Shown here: piece by piece, positions 9,399 through 18,154 of the stretch
Position numbering within the stretch: the stretch's first letter is position 1
How the letters are laid out: each line of letters starts with the position of its first letter
Assembly (NCBI RefSeq): GCF_000015145.1
Contig: NC_008818.1
Coordinates: forward strand, 360,001 to 392,000
Direction: 5' to 3'
Length of the DNA: 32,000 bases
Source of the DNA: Hyperthermus butylicus DSM 5456
Lineage (GTDB): Archaea > Thermoproteota > Thermoprotei_A > Sulfolobales > Pyrodictiaceae
Made by a program: the position numbers and the translations under genes
Notes under the pieces: model-generated
Database searches by the model: none
What the model saw: only the letters and a program-made list of their open reading frames with translations
Told to the model about the DNA's origin: nothing

Positions 9399-9629
9399 TT
9401 AGAACACCAAAACCTCTACGTGGGAGAATTGTCGCAGAGCAACTGCCCACCGGGATCGCGCTGACAGCCCAATACCTTGGTCGTGTTTGGGCCTGCCGTA
9501 GAGCCTCTCAAAGAACTGGTCAACGCTACGGGGCTTCTTGAGACACTCAAGCGACTCAAAGAGACGAACATGCCGAGTATCTACTGGTGCTGGTACCTGA
9601 ACTGCTGCTCTACGGTCTGATAAGTTCCG
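9399..9629 (-). pseudogene. Start-less 76-codon open frame, possible gene remnant
   Basis: Frame reads RNLSDRRAAVQVPAPVDTRHVRLFESLECLKKPRSVDQFFERLYGRPKHDQGIGLSARSRWAVALRQFSHVEVLVF-stop. No ATG, GTG or TTG in frame and a stop immediately upstream. Confidence 0.3.
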
Positions 9630-9831
9630 TCAACACTAAACCTATACGACAATAGCGAATCTAGCATATTTACATACATACCATGATATGTTGACAGATC
9701 CACAAGTGGCGATACAATGCAGGATGTAGTCGACGCAAGTCTCTCAGCAGGCTTCACCACAAACATACTACGCCGGTGTGTACAACAAAATCCAGGAGCT
9801 TGTTTGCCGTAACTGGTTGAGGAGAGGAGGG

Positions 9832-9919
9832 TGGTGCGGGGGGTGGGATTTGAACCCACGCCGGCCTACGCCAGCGGGTCTTAAGCCCGCCCCCTTTGAC
9901 CTGGCTCGGGCACCCCCGC
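9832..9919 (-). tRNA. tRNA-Leu (TAA)
   Basis: 88 nt with CCA. GCGGGGG acceptor, loop CTTAAGA, type II variable arm, GTGGGTTCAAATCCCAC T arm. Confidence 0.95.
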
Positions 9920-9998
9920 ACCGTTAAGAAGGTGTTGTGGTTAGTGGGAGGGTTATAATGGTTAATCGGCATTCTTGCTTCATGTCTCCTAGTGGAGT

Positions 9999-10304
9999 TT
10001 ACTCTTCAGTGCCTTCGAGTTCTTGCTGTAGGAGTTCTTGTAGGACTTCGCGGTACTCTTCTCTCTCCTGCTCCCACTCCTCGAGCGTCTTGGCTGGGCG
10101 GCGTTTGGCCTCACTGACTTTTAGCGTTGTTATTGTGTGTTCTTCCTTTGGCGTTTCCCCCACTATGGTGTAGTCGGTTACCTGTTTAGCGCTTATTGTC
10201 TCCGTGTAACCACATCGAGTGCAGCGTAGGATTACGTTGTCTCCTTCACGACCTGCAGGTATCATGAGGCCACCGCAGCGGGGGCAGAACTTCATCCCGT
10301 TCAT
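9999..10304 (-). CDS. TFS/RPB9-like protein with N-terminal zinc ribbon only
   Basis: FCPRCGGLMIPAG...LRCTRCGY ribbon matching the archaeal TFS N-ribbon, followed by an acidic, Glu-rich, probably helical tail with no second zinc ribbon. Confidence 0.7.
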   Translation of the reverse strand: MNGMKFCPRCGGLMIPAGREGDNVILRCTRCGYTETISAKQVTDYTIVGETPKEEHTITTLKVSEAKRRPAKTLEEWEQEREEYREVLQELLQQELEGTEE

Positions 10305-10390
10305 CCCCTAACCATGTGCTTTGTTGGGATGTGTTTGGGGCCACCGCACTGCTAGGCATGGGGTGTGTATATATTTTTCGTGGCTGCGTG

Positions 10391-11905
10391 CTATGGTAAG
10401 ACTTTTACTACGACTCCCTCTATAAGTACTGCATTGTATTCATCTAGGAGTCTCACTGCCTCATGGAGCCTTGTATCGCTTGAAGCGTATATCGTTAGCA
10501 GGGGGTCTCCCTTCCTTACACGGTAGCCTGTCTTGACGTGTAGCTGTATGCCTGCGCCCTTGTCCTCGGGTGCTCCTGCCGCACGAGCTGCGAGCGATAT
10601 TGCGCGGTTGTCTATCATTGTTACTATGCCGTCACGCGGAGCTTCAAGAGTGAACTGCTTGGGCGCCAACTTTATGTCTTCAGGCTTTATGTCGGGATCA
10701 CCCTCCTGAACCTCTATTATCTCGCGGAACTTGCGGTATGCTGCACCGCTGCGAAGTATCTCGCATGCCAGACTGTAGCCCCGCCCGCGTGGCACTACGC
10801 CGCCGAGTTCAAAGACTAGGCCTGCTAGGCTGCAAGCCTTCTCCACCAGGCTTGACGCTCCATCACCCTTCATCAGTGTTTGTAGAGCTTCCCGTGCTTC
10901 TAGTGCTGGGCCAACACTGAAGCCTATGGGTTCGCCACCAAAGGTTATCGCAACTCTCATCGCTATGTTTAGCCTCCCAGCCTGGGCAAGGAACATAGAT
11001 GCTAGTAGCTCAGCCTCACTCTCATCCTGCACCTTAGCGCCCCGGCCTGTAGGGAGGTCTATCACCAGTCTCGACACGCTCATAGCCAGCTTCTTCGCGA
11101 GTATACTGGCAACCATCTGGGTAGGGGGATCCACACCTATCCTGCGTTCAACCCTTACGAAGATGTCGTCAGCCGGTGCGAGGTTTAGCGCGCCACCCCA
11201 GACTATGAGGCCACGGGCTCTTAGCGCCATATCATGCAGTTCTTGTGGCTTGAACGCGACCTTAGCGAGGACCTCCATCGTGTCTGCCGTGCCTGCCGGA
11301 CTCGTTATCGCCCTGCTACTAGTCTTTGGTATGAGTAGGCCTCGCGACGCAACTATGGGTACGACCAGGAGTGCAACCTTGCTGTTTCCGGGTACACCAC
11401 CTATACTATGAACATCGTAAACTGGTTCGCCAAACTTTACAACCTCGCCAGTCTCCACCATGGCTCTTATGAGGTGCTCTAGCTCCTCGTCGGCTAGCTT
11501 GCTGTAGAGCTGGCTTACTAGGAACGAGGCTATCTGTGCATCGTCATAGTATCCTGCAACTATGTCTGCTATAAGCATCTTATACTCTGCAGCGGATAGC
11601 CTAGCTCCGGAGAGCCTTTTCTTAAACGCATCAAAGCTTGGCGGCACATCAATGGGGTGTACATCCACAGTATCGCAGTCACCAAGTCTCTCAACGAGGC
11701 CCTTGGTTAGTTGTGCAACACGCTCGGGGACCCGGGGATCAACAATAACTACTGCTCCGACACCTCTACCCCTGCAGACTACGCTGGCTCTCAGGCCGGC
11801 TACTACACCGAGATGCTCAGCATCACGGGGGTTTAGGATGACAGCATCGTGACCCGGATCTATTGATGCTGCCTCAACCTTTAAGCCCTTAACCGGCATA
11901 TTCAC
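10391..11905 (-). CDS. deoA: AMP phosphorylase (archaeal thymidine/AMP phosphorylase family)
   Basis: 504 aa. YDVHSIGGVPGNSKVALLVVPIVASRGLLIPKTSSRAITSPAGTADTMEVLA and the N-terminal extension typical of archaeal AMP phosphorylases. Confidence 0.9.
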   Translation of the reverse strand: MNMPVKGLKVEAASIDPGHDAVILNPRDAEHLGVVAGLRASVVCRGRGVGAVVIVDPRVPERVAQLTKGLVERLGDCDTVDVHPIDVPPSFDAFKKRLSGARLSAAEYKMLIADIVAGYYDDAQIASFLVSQLYSKLADEELEHLIRAMVETGEVVKFGEPVYDVHSIGGVPGNSKVALLVVPIVASRGLLIPKTSSRAITSPAGTADTMEVLAKVAFKPQELHDMALRARGLIVWGGALNLAPADDIFVRVERRIGVDPPTQMVASILAKKLAMSVSRLVIDLPTGRGAKVQDESEAELLASMFLAQAGRLNIAMRVAITFGGEPIGFSVGPALEAREALQTLMKGDGASSLVEKACSLAGLVFELGGVVPRGRGYSLACEILRSGAAYRKFREIIEVQEGDPDIKPEDIKLAPKQFTLEAPRDGIVTMIDNRAISLAARAAGAPEDKGAGIQLHVKTGYRVRKGDPLLTIYASSDTRLHEAVRLLDEYNAVLIEGVVVKVLP

Positions 11906-12025
11906 CAGCCACGCCTTCCCCTTTAGCCTGGATTATCGGGGGACAGGTAGGTTTCGATTCTACACGCTACATATAAACCTACTCGCTAAGGGCTAGTTGG
12001 AGTAGATGCGTGGGTAGCAGCGTGT

Positions 12026-12391
12026 ATGTGCAAGGTTGCTGTGATGCTTGTATTGGAGTTTCAGGGAGATGAGCTAGCTGTTAGAGGGTATTTCCACCCA
12101 GCTGGCTGTATGGGAGCACGGTACCCACATCTAGATGTTGATGTTCCCCGCTGGCATCTACTCTGGCTACTTGCTGCCAAGCGTGGTATACGGCTTAGAT
12201 GCCGCAACGACCGCGGCGTATTGCTCCTCGAGGAGGAGCTTACAAGAGCAGCTGTTAGGGTTAGGGCTCTAAGCGGCAGAGTGTTGTGCGGCGCTGAGCG
12301 CGTCTACATTATGAGGCGCAGGAGCGGCGGCATATACATTGCGCCAGTTATGTTTGAGCCTCAGGCGCACGGGTTACCACACGGTGGCTAG
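12026..12391 (+). CDS. Hypothetical protein
   Basis: 121-aa ORF in a gap between annotated genes, plausible protein composition, no family recognised. Confidence 0.45.
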   Translation: MCKVAVMLVLEFQGDELAVRGYFHPAGCMGARYPHLDVDVPRWHLLWLLAAKRGIRLRCRNDRGVLLLEEELTRAAVRVRALSGRVLCGAERVYIMRRRSGGIYIAPVMFEPQAHGLPHGG

Positions 12392-12510
12392 CTGTTTCGG
12401 CCGGTGGCTCTATCCTCATCGGCTCCAGGAGCCCAGCATTATTACCGCTAGCTGAGGCTTATAGACCCCTAGCTACGGGCTAGACCACGGCAAGTCTTAA
12501 CACTACATGC

Positions 12511-13446
12511 ATGTATGTGGTGGGGTGTTTGGCTCAGCGGCTGCCCTGGAGGTTTGTAGCTGAGTGGACCAGTGAGGGCGAGATGGTTTTAAGGGAGGTA
12601 AAGCGCATCTACGCTGCTGGTGCTACGCGGTACCAGGAGTACATGATAGCAGAACTTGCCGGCATTGGCAAAGCATTAGTGCTCGACGGTAAGGTTCAAA
12701 GCAGTATTCTTGACGAGCACTGGTACCACGAGGCGCTCGTCCACCCCATACTACTAGCCCACCAGTGCCCAAGGAAGGTGCTGGTTATAGGGGGTGGCGA
12801 GGGAGCAACTGTTAGGGAGGTTCTAAGGCATAGCTGTGTCGAGCACGTAACAATGGTTGACATCGATGAGGAGCTTGTAGAGCTTGCAAAGAAGCACCTC
12901 GCCGAGTGGCACCAGGGAGCATTTAGCAGCGATAAGCTAGAACTGGTTATCGGTGATGGTCGCCGCTACGTCGAGAACTGCCACAGAAAGTACGACGCCA
13001 TAATACTTGATCTGGTAGACCCCATGGAGGGTGGGCCCGCAGCACGCCTATACACGCTAGAGTTTTACCGTGCTGTCAAGGGCTGCCTGCGGCCTGGCGG
13101 TGCAGTAGTTACACAAGCTACTTCGCCAACACTGTCACCGAGAGTTTACGCTGTTATACGTAACACGTTAGCTAAAGTATTCACTATTGTGAGACCGTAT
13201 GTCTCCTATGTGAGGAGCTATAATGGTCTATGGGGCTTTGTAGCTGCTTCCGACACCGTGGACCCAGCTAAGCTATCAGCTAAGGAGGTTGATGAGCTCA
13301 TAGCAGCAAGGATAAGGGGACAGCTACGGTTCTACGATGGCGAGACACATGAGTGGATGTTTAGGCTACCACTACCGGTTAGACAAGTGCTAAGCGAAAC
13401 CAGGGACTATGCAACCGACGAAAAACCCGTCTACGTCCCTGTCTAG
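12511..13446 (+). CDS. speE: Spermidine synthase / polyamine aminopropyltransferase
   Basis: ALVLDGKVQSSILDEHWYHEALVHP, KVLVIGGGEGATVREVLRH, YDAIILDLVDPMEGGPAARLYTLEFY. Confidence 0.93.
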   Translation: MYVVGCLAQRLPWRFVAEWTSEGEMVLREVKRIYAAGATRYQEYMIAELAGIGKALVLDGKVQSSILDEHWYHEALVHPILLAHQCPRKVLVIGGGEGATVREVLRHSCVEHVTMVDIDEELVELAKKHLAEWHQGAFSSDKLELVIGDGRRYVENCHRKYDAIILDLVDPMEGGPAARLYTLEFYRAVKGCLRPGGAVVTQATSPTLSPRVYAVIRNTLAKVFTIVRPYVSYVRSYNGLWGFVAASDTVDPAKLSAKEVDELIAARIRGQLRFYDGETHEWMFRLPLPVRQVLSETRDYATDEKPVYVPV

Positions 13447-13518
13447 GCGACCGAGACCCAATAAGGTTAAGCCTATAAACCCAGCATAGAGTACTAGCTA
13501 TCATCATGGCGTGTGGGT

Positions 13519-13640
13519 GCCGGGGTGGCCGAGCGGTCCAAGGCGGTGGGCTCGAGACCCAGGTTTTCCGGCTTGGTAGGGGCTGGGAGACCCACTGCCC
13601 CGTAAGGGGCGCGCGGGTTCAAATCCCGCCCCCGGCGCCA
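13519..13640 (+). tRNA. tRNA-Ser (CGA) with a putative 33-nt intron (13557..13589)
   Basis: Exons join to GCCGGGGTGGCCGAGCGGTCCAAGGCGGTGGGCTCGAG/ACCCACTGCC...GCGGGTTCAAATCCCGCCCCCGGCGCCA. Intron sits at the canonical 37/38 position. Its exact ends are ambiguous because GAGACCCA is duplicated. Confidence 0.88.
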
Positions 13641-13700
13641 CCAAAACCATAAATACCCCACTCTATGCTCATTACACCAATAGTCATGGAGCTTCTGGCT

Positions 13701-13788
13701 GCGGGGGTGCCCGAGCCAGGTCAAAGGGGGCGGGCTTAGGACCCGCTGGCGTAGGCCTGCGTGGGTTCAAATCCCACCCCCCGCACCA
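13701..13788 (+). tRNA. tRNA-Leu (TAG)
   Basis: 88 nt with CCA, loop CTTAGGA, type II variable arm. Differs at only two positions from the gene at 9832..9919. Confidence 0.95.
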
Positions 13789-14613
13789 CTCCTTTCCAAT
13801 CCGTTCCTCGTTGCTAATCCCCATTTCTTACAGCCTTAGCAAAGTTGTGCCAAACCCCAGGTACTCTTCCACTACAATGTAGTGATGCACGCGTTTCCCC
13901 GCTGCATAACGCGGATATACACGTGCAATGGTTACAATACCGTATTGCAAGATAGCTCTACACTTGTCGGAAATAGCGTAAAGCTAGCAGCTGCAACAAG
14001 GAATGTTGCAACATATAGCAGGGATCGAGCAACAGAAGCCAGGCCGTCCATGTGTATGCCTCATCTCACCGCCTTAGCCTTCTCCTCTATGACAAGCTTG
14101 ATTGTTGGCTTGTACATGTAGTACTGGATTGCCATGATCACAGCAGCGAGCAGTAGCAGTATCGCTATTCACTCGTGGCTGAAGTACATGTAGCAAGGCG
14201 CTGCTGGCTGTTTGAGGCCGAGATAGCACCGACATACTGTCACACAAGCATGAATGTCGTGCAACTCGAAGAGATCGCCATGTAAATAGTATTGATGCAC
14301 TAGCACGCCTATAGCTGCAAGCAGGAGTACCAATCCAATTCCTGTCACCATGCTGCTGCAACCATAAAGAGGGTGGAGGAACCACCATCTGTGGAGGGAT
14401 CATAAAAACCATGCAGTAATACGAACCATACATCTATCATAATCATGTATTGGAGAAGGGAGAGGGTGGTGCAGCGCTTCAGTAAAGCTGGCGCCGCGCG
14501 AGTACCAGTATTGCAGTAGTTAGCAAGAGCAACAGCAGCCCACAAATCCCACCTTCGCATCAACCCCCTTTCTCTATCCCCATGGACTTAGCTTTGACCG
14601 TACATGACTAGTT

Positions 14614-16173
14614 TCAGCTACATGGCTTTTCGAGCCTTACCGTTATAGGGATGGGTGTTTCTGCCTGCTGCATCGAGACTATAGCTTCGCCCGGTTTCAG
14701 TCTTCCTATGATGTCTGCTAGGTCTCTGTCTCCTAGTAGTTGGGCTGCTACCGCTCTGTCGTTAGCTGATGATAGTCTGTGAACTATTATTGTATTGAAG
14801 TTGTGTAGACCGTACTCCTCTATCAGCCTGGGGCTCTGGGTTACAGCTACCAGCCCTAGACCATACTTTCTCGCTTCTGCTAGTAGCTCTGTAACCGTGG
14901 GGGTTAGGAGTATGTGCTGTGCCTCGTCCACGACTATTACTGTGTTCTCTATCTTGCCTCTTAGTGCTAGGCTGTAGAGCTGCTGTATGAGTAGGAGTGT
15001 GTAGAGTTTGCGTATGCGTGGCGACCTTATACTGCTCACGTCAAGGACTACCGGGTTCTCCCTCGTCTCGGCTAGAGGCTCGCCGCCATAGAGCCTTATT
15101 AGGTCTGCATAGTCACTCATGGCTAGGTGGCTTAGCCGCCTAATAACCGCAAGCCATATCTCCTTCTCGGCCTTGCTCGCCTCGTTGAGGCTCTGATACA
15201 TCTCCTTCATGACATCGAGCAGCGCCTGCAGCGTATTCTCCGCCAGCCGTTCTGGGGCTCTGTCGAGAACATCTCCTGGAACCCTTCCAGCCAGCACATC
15301 GGTTAGGCTCTTAGCCGTGTGAAGCTTCGGGCGAGAACCTAGCGCAAGTACGGCTGCCAGCAGTGTTGACTGGAACTGGCTTAGCTCCAGCACCTTCTCT
15401 ATACCAGCAATGGACTCCTCGAGCAGCAGTAGCTCCGACAACATAGCAACCCTTGGGAGTTTAGAGCCTCTCAGCACCGTATACCTAGCACCAACCCTCT
15501 CTAGAAGGCTAGGATACTCACCATGCCAGTCGACAATCACGACTCTCACACCTAGAAGCGAGGCACATGCAGCTATGCGGGCCGCCGTATGCGTCTTACC
15601 AGACCCCGTAGCACCCAGTATGGCTACATGCCTGTAGAGGTCCTCTATGGGCAGGTAGACGGGTTCCACCCCACTAAACCCTATGATAACACCTAGGCCT
15701 GGAGCATTAGTGTCCAGGAAGGCTCTACCCCCCACACTAGCGCTACGGGGCGGAGGCAGGAGAGGGCCATCACTACAGCTGCGGCTACGACTAAACACTA
15801 TACCCGGGATGGACTCTACAACTCCGGCGTAGCTTCGTGGAACCTCGATACGCGAAGAGCACCTGCCGCGCCAACACTCAAACACATAGTAGCCGCCAAC
15901 ACCCGCCAACAACCCGTAAAGCCTCTCGATGCGACCAACAAGCTCTACAGTATAGGAGGACACGCAGAGCCTCGCATAACCCCCAGCTACACCTCGAAGA
16001 AGCCTAAACAGCCTACTAACCACAAGACCCCATGAGTAGCTCTCATGCATTATCCACGCAGCGGGGAGCCCGAACCTAAAAACGATACATCTAACCCCAG
16101 TAACACTGAAGCTTGAGTGAGTACGAGCAACTGTAGACATCACAGAACCACAAGAGGTTATGCTAGCAGACAA
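14614..16173 (-). CDS. HerA/FtsK-like (DUF87) ATPase; true start may be further downstream
   Basis: Walker A VAILGATGSGKTHTAARIAA, Walker B TVIVVDEAQHIL, and LVAVTQSPRLIEEYGLHNFNTIIVHRLSSANDRAVAAQLL, typical of HerA-family ATPases. Confidence 0.85.
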   Translation of the reverse strand: MSASITSCGSVMSTVARTHSSFSVTGVRCIVFRFGLPAAWIMHESYSWGLVVSRLFRLLRGVAGGYARLCVSSYTVELVGRIERLYGLLAGVGGYYVFECWRGRCSSRIEVPRSYAGVVESIPGIVFSRSRSCSDGPLLPPPRSASVGGRAFLDTNAPGLGVIIGFSGVEPVYLPIEDLYRHVAILGATGSGKTHTAARIAACASLLGVRVVIVDWHGEYPSLLERVGARYTVLRGSKLPRVAMLSELLLLEESIAGIEKVLELSQFQSTLLAAVLALGSRPKLHTAKSLTDVLAGRVPGDVLDRAPERLAENTLQALLDVMKEMYQSLNEASKAEKEIWLAVIRRLSHLAMSDYADLIRLYGGEPLAETRENPVVLDVSSIRSPRIRKLYTLLLIQQLYSLALRGKIENTVIVVDEAQHILLTPTVTELLAEARKYGLGLVAVTQSPRLIEEYGLHNFNTIIVHRLSSANDRAVAAQLLGDRDLADIIGRLKPGEAIVSMQQAETPIPITVRLEKPCS

Positions 16174-16185
16174 GTAGGTAGATTG

Positions 16186-16263
16186 TGGTGCGGCGGCCGG
16201 GATTTGAACCCGGGTGACCGGCTTGGGGGGCCGGCGTCCTAGTCCAGGCTAGACGACCGCCGC
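16186..16263 (-). tRNA. tRNA-Gly (CCC)
   Basis: GCGGCGG acceptor, anticodon arm CCGGC-CCCCCAA-GCCGG, T arm CCGGGTTCAAATCCCGG, encoded CCA. Confidence 0.9.
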
Positions 16264-16365
16264 AGCCACCTGGGAGAGCGCTCCCCCATGAGCATATGTA
16301 TCCAGCTTATATGGTGAGGGTTTATAGGGTTTTGCTACTTTTCATAGCTGTGCCGGAGGTGTAGG

Positions 16366-16947
16366 ATGAGCTACGAGAGGATACGCGCCTTCATAGCTGT
16401 TGATATTGAAGATCCAAGCATCGTTGCCAAGCTTGTACAGATTAGGGATAGCTTCGTTGCAACTGGCGCTCCTATGAAGCCCGTGGAAGATCAGAATCTA
16501 CACATAACACTCCGTTTTCTCGGTAACATACCATTAAGTCTTGTAGACGAGATTGAGAAAATAATCCGTGATGCTAAGCCCCGCAGGGTAGTAATAAGGA
16601 TCCGTGGTGTTGGCGCGTTTCCCTCACCTGCTAGGCCCAGGGTAGTATGGGTTGGCGTCGAGGAGGGAGAGGGAGCTAAGGAGCTTGAGAGACTCTATAG
16701 AGAGATTGAGCGTGGACTTAGAAGACTTGGATTCAAACCTGAGAGGGAGGAGTTTGTCCCCCATGTAACACTTGCTAGGCTCAAGGGCTCAAGGAATATT
16801 GATAGGGTAGTAAAACTTCTCAACGAACTCGCAGACATCGAAGTTGGAGAGATCGTGCTAGAGTCCGTGCGGCTTAAGCAGAGCATATTGACGCCACGTG
16901 GGCCAATATACAAGACCCTTAGAGAGGTTAAGGCTGTTGAAGCGTAA
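16366..16947 (+). CDS. thpR: RNA 2',3'-cyclic phosphodiesterase (2'-5' RNA ligase family)
   Basis: Paired HxT motifs LHITLRFLG and HVTLARLKG, and the N-terminus RAFIAVDIEDP. Confidence 0.92.
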   Translation: MSYERIRAFIAVDIEDPSIVAKLVQIRDSFVATGAPMKPVEDQNLHITLRFLGNIPLSLVDEIEKIIRDAKPRRVVIRIRGVGAFPSPARPRVVWVGVEEGEGAKELERLYREIERGLRRLGFKPEREEFVPHVTLARLKGSRNIDRVVKLLNELADIEVGEIVLESVRLKQSILTPRGPIYKTLREVKAVEA

Positions 16948-17230
16948 CCGAGGCGAGATATACTCCCTCATAGCAAGACTGTTCCATACTGGGTTTAAGG
17001 GTTACATTGTAGTTATAGAGCGTGGACGCGTCTCCGGAACTAGGCTCATAGGGTTCAATGAGGTTTCAAGGGTGGCAAGAGGCTTCATAGAGTTAAAAGA
17101 TGGGACAGTAATACCTCTCCACCGTGTCATAGAGGTTCTCGACGAGAAAAAGCAGCCCGTATGGAGGAGGTGGCGTGAAGCTAAGAGTTACTCGGATGAG
17201 GACTCCTCTCCAGGTCCAAGCGCTCCCTGA
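16898..17230 (+). CDS. DUF504/UPF0248 (MJ1316-type) RNA-end-associated domain protein; true start may be the TTG at 16937
   Basis: KRNRGEIYSLIARLFHTGFKGYIVVIERGRVSGTRLIGFNEVSRVARGFIELKDGTVIPLHRVIEVL matches the family pattern. Overlaps the end of thpR. Confidence 0.75.
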   Translation: MGQYTRPLERLRLLKRNRGEIYSLIARLFHTGFKGYIVVIERGRVSGTRLIGFNEVSRVARGFIELKDGTVIPLHRVIEVLDEKKQPVWRRWREAKSYSDEDSSPGPSAP

Positions 17231-18087
17231 CTAGCTATTCTGCCTGTAAGTATCCTCGGCTTACACTCCTGCCATGCCGCTATGATGCTAGCAGCTCTAT
17301 CAATAGCCTCTTCACTGCCGATAACTATTAGGGACCCCGTGTAGGGGTCAAGACCTGCAGCATAAGCGCCAGCACTTAGTGCTTCACGACGTGCACGCTT
17401 TACATCCTCGGGGGCAGCAAAGTCCCAGGGGCTCTCGTTGACTAACAGCTCCGAGAATTCTATCCTCCATCCTTCAGTTGAGAGCAGTAGCAGTGCCAGG
17501 GCAGCATCCTGTGCTAGCTCTAGGTATCTGTCAGCGGCTATGCAGACTTCTGCAAGGCTAGCTTGCCTGCACGGCACTACTACACCGATATGCAGCGGTA
17601 GTGCACCAGCGTAGACACGTGCCATGAATGCTGGCTGCTCTGTACCAACCGCTATACCACCTAGCAGTGATGCGGCAACAAGCGGGGCTTGTGGCCTACC
17701 TGTAGCGGATGCCACAGCCCTATTAGCTACTACCATGAGATCACGAGAGTCGGGTGCAACACCAAGAAGCTTTGATAAGCTTGCAACTGTTGCAGCGGCC
17801 GCTGCAGCCTCAGCACCAACCACTGCACCGCCGTCGTCTACAGAGATGCTGAGCGCGGCTTCCTCGCCAAGCATTTCAAGGAGCCCCGTAGCAGCATAGT
17901 ATACGGCTCTACGTACCGTGTCGCTGCCACCGCTAACGCTTACAGAAAGACCTTCAAGCCCCAGAACCTCCACCCATACACGCACAACTGCAGAGTCAAG
18001 TGCGGCTCCAACAACACCAGCAAAGCTGCCGGGAAGGCCTACAGCTACGGGTGCAGAGGAGGACGAGAATGAAGCCCGGAGACTCAT
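17188..18087 (-). CDS. GHMP-kinase-like protein, closest in layout to homoserine kinase
   Basis: SSAPVAVGLPGSFAGVVGAALDSAVV resembles the GHMP N-terminal motif and LVAASLLGGIAVG the later GG motif. The expected GLGSSA loop is replaced by GGAVVGAEAAAAA. Confidence 0.6.
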   Translation of the reverse strand: MSLRASFSSSSAPVAVGLPGSFAGVVGAALDSAVVRVWVEVLGLEGLSVSVSGGSDTVRRAVYYAATGLLEMLGEEAALSISVDDGGAVVGAEAAAAAATVASLSKLLGVAPDSRDLMVVANRAVASATGRPQAPLVAASLLGGIAVGTEQPAFMARVYAGALPLHIGVVVPCRQASLAEVCIAADRYLELAQDAALALLLLSTEGWRIEFSELLVNESPWDFAAPEDVKRARREALSAGAYAAGLDPYTGSLIVIGSEEAIDRAASIIAAWQECKPRILTGRIASQGALGPGEESSSE

Positions 18088-18154
18088 AGTGATATAGCCT
18101 CCAACCCTATAGCCTAGCGTTATAGATCCTTAAATCAATGCAGGTGCGGGCTTA

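Noticed and set aside
9754-9972. ORFs 9581..9859 and 9754..9972 on the minus strand
   Set aside because: Both overlap the tRNA-Leu(TAA) gene and are read through tRNA sequence.
13494-13724. 76-aa minus-strand ORF
   Set aside because: It lies across the tRNA-Ser and tRNA-Leu(TAG) genes; its translation is antisense tRNA sequence.
13882-14563. Cluster of small overlapping ORFs on both strands, one with a TM-like N-terminus (14169..14351)
   Set aside because: No recognised family, strongly overlapping alternatives and odd composition. It could hide a small membrane protein but I cannot support one.
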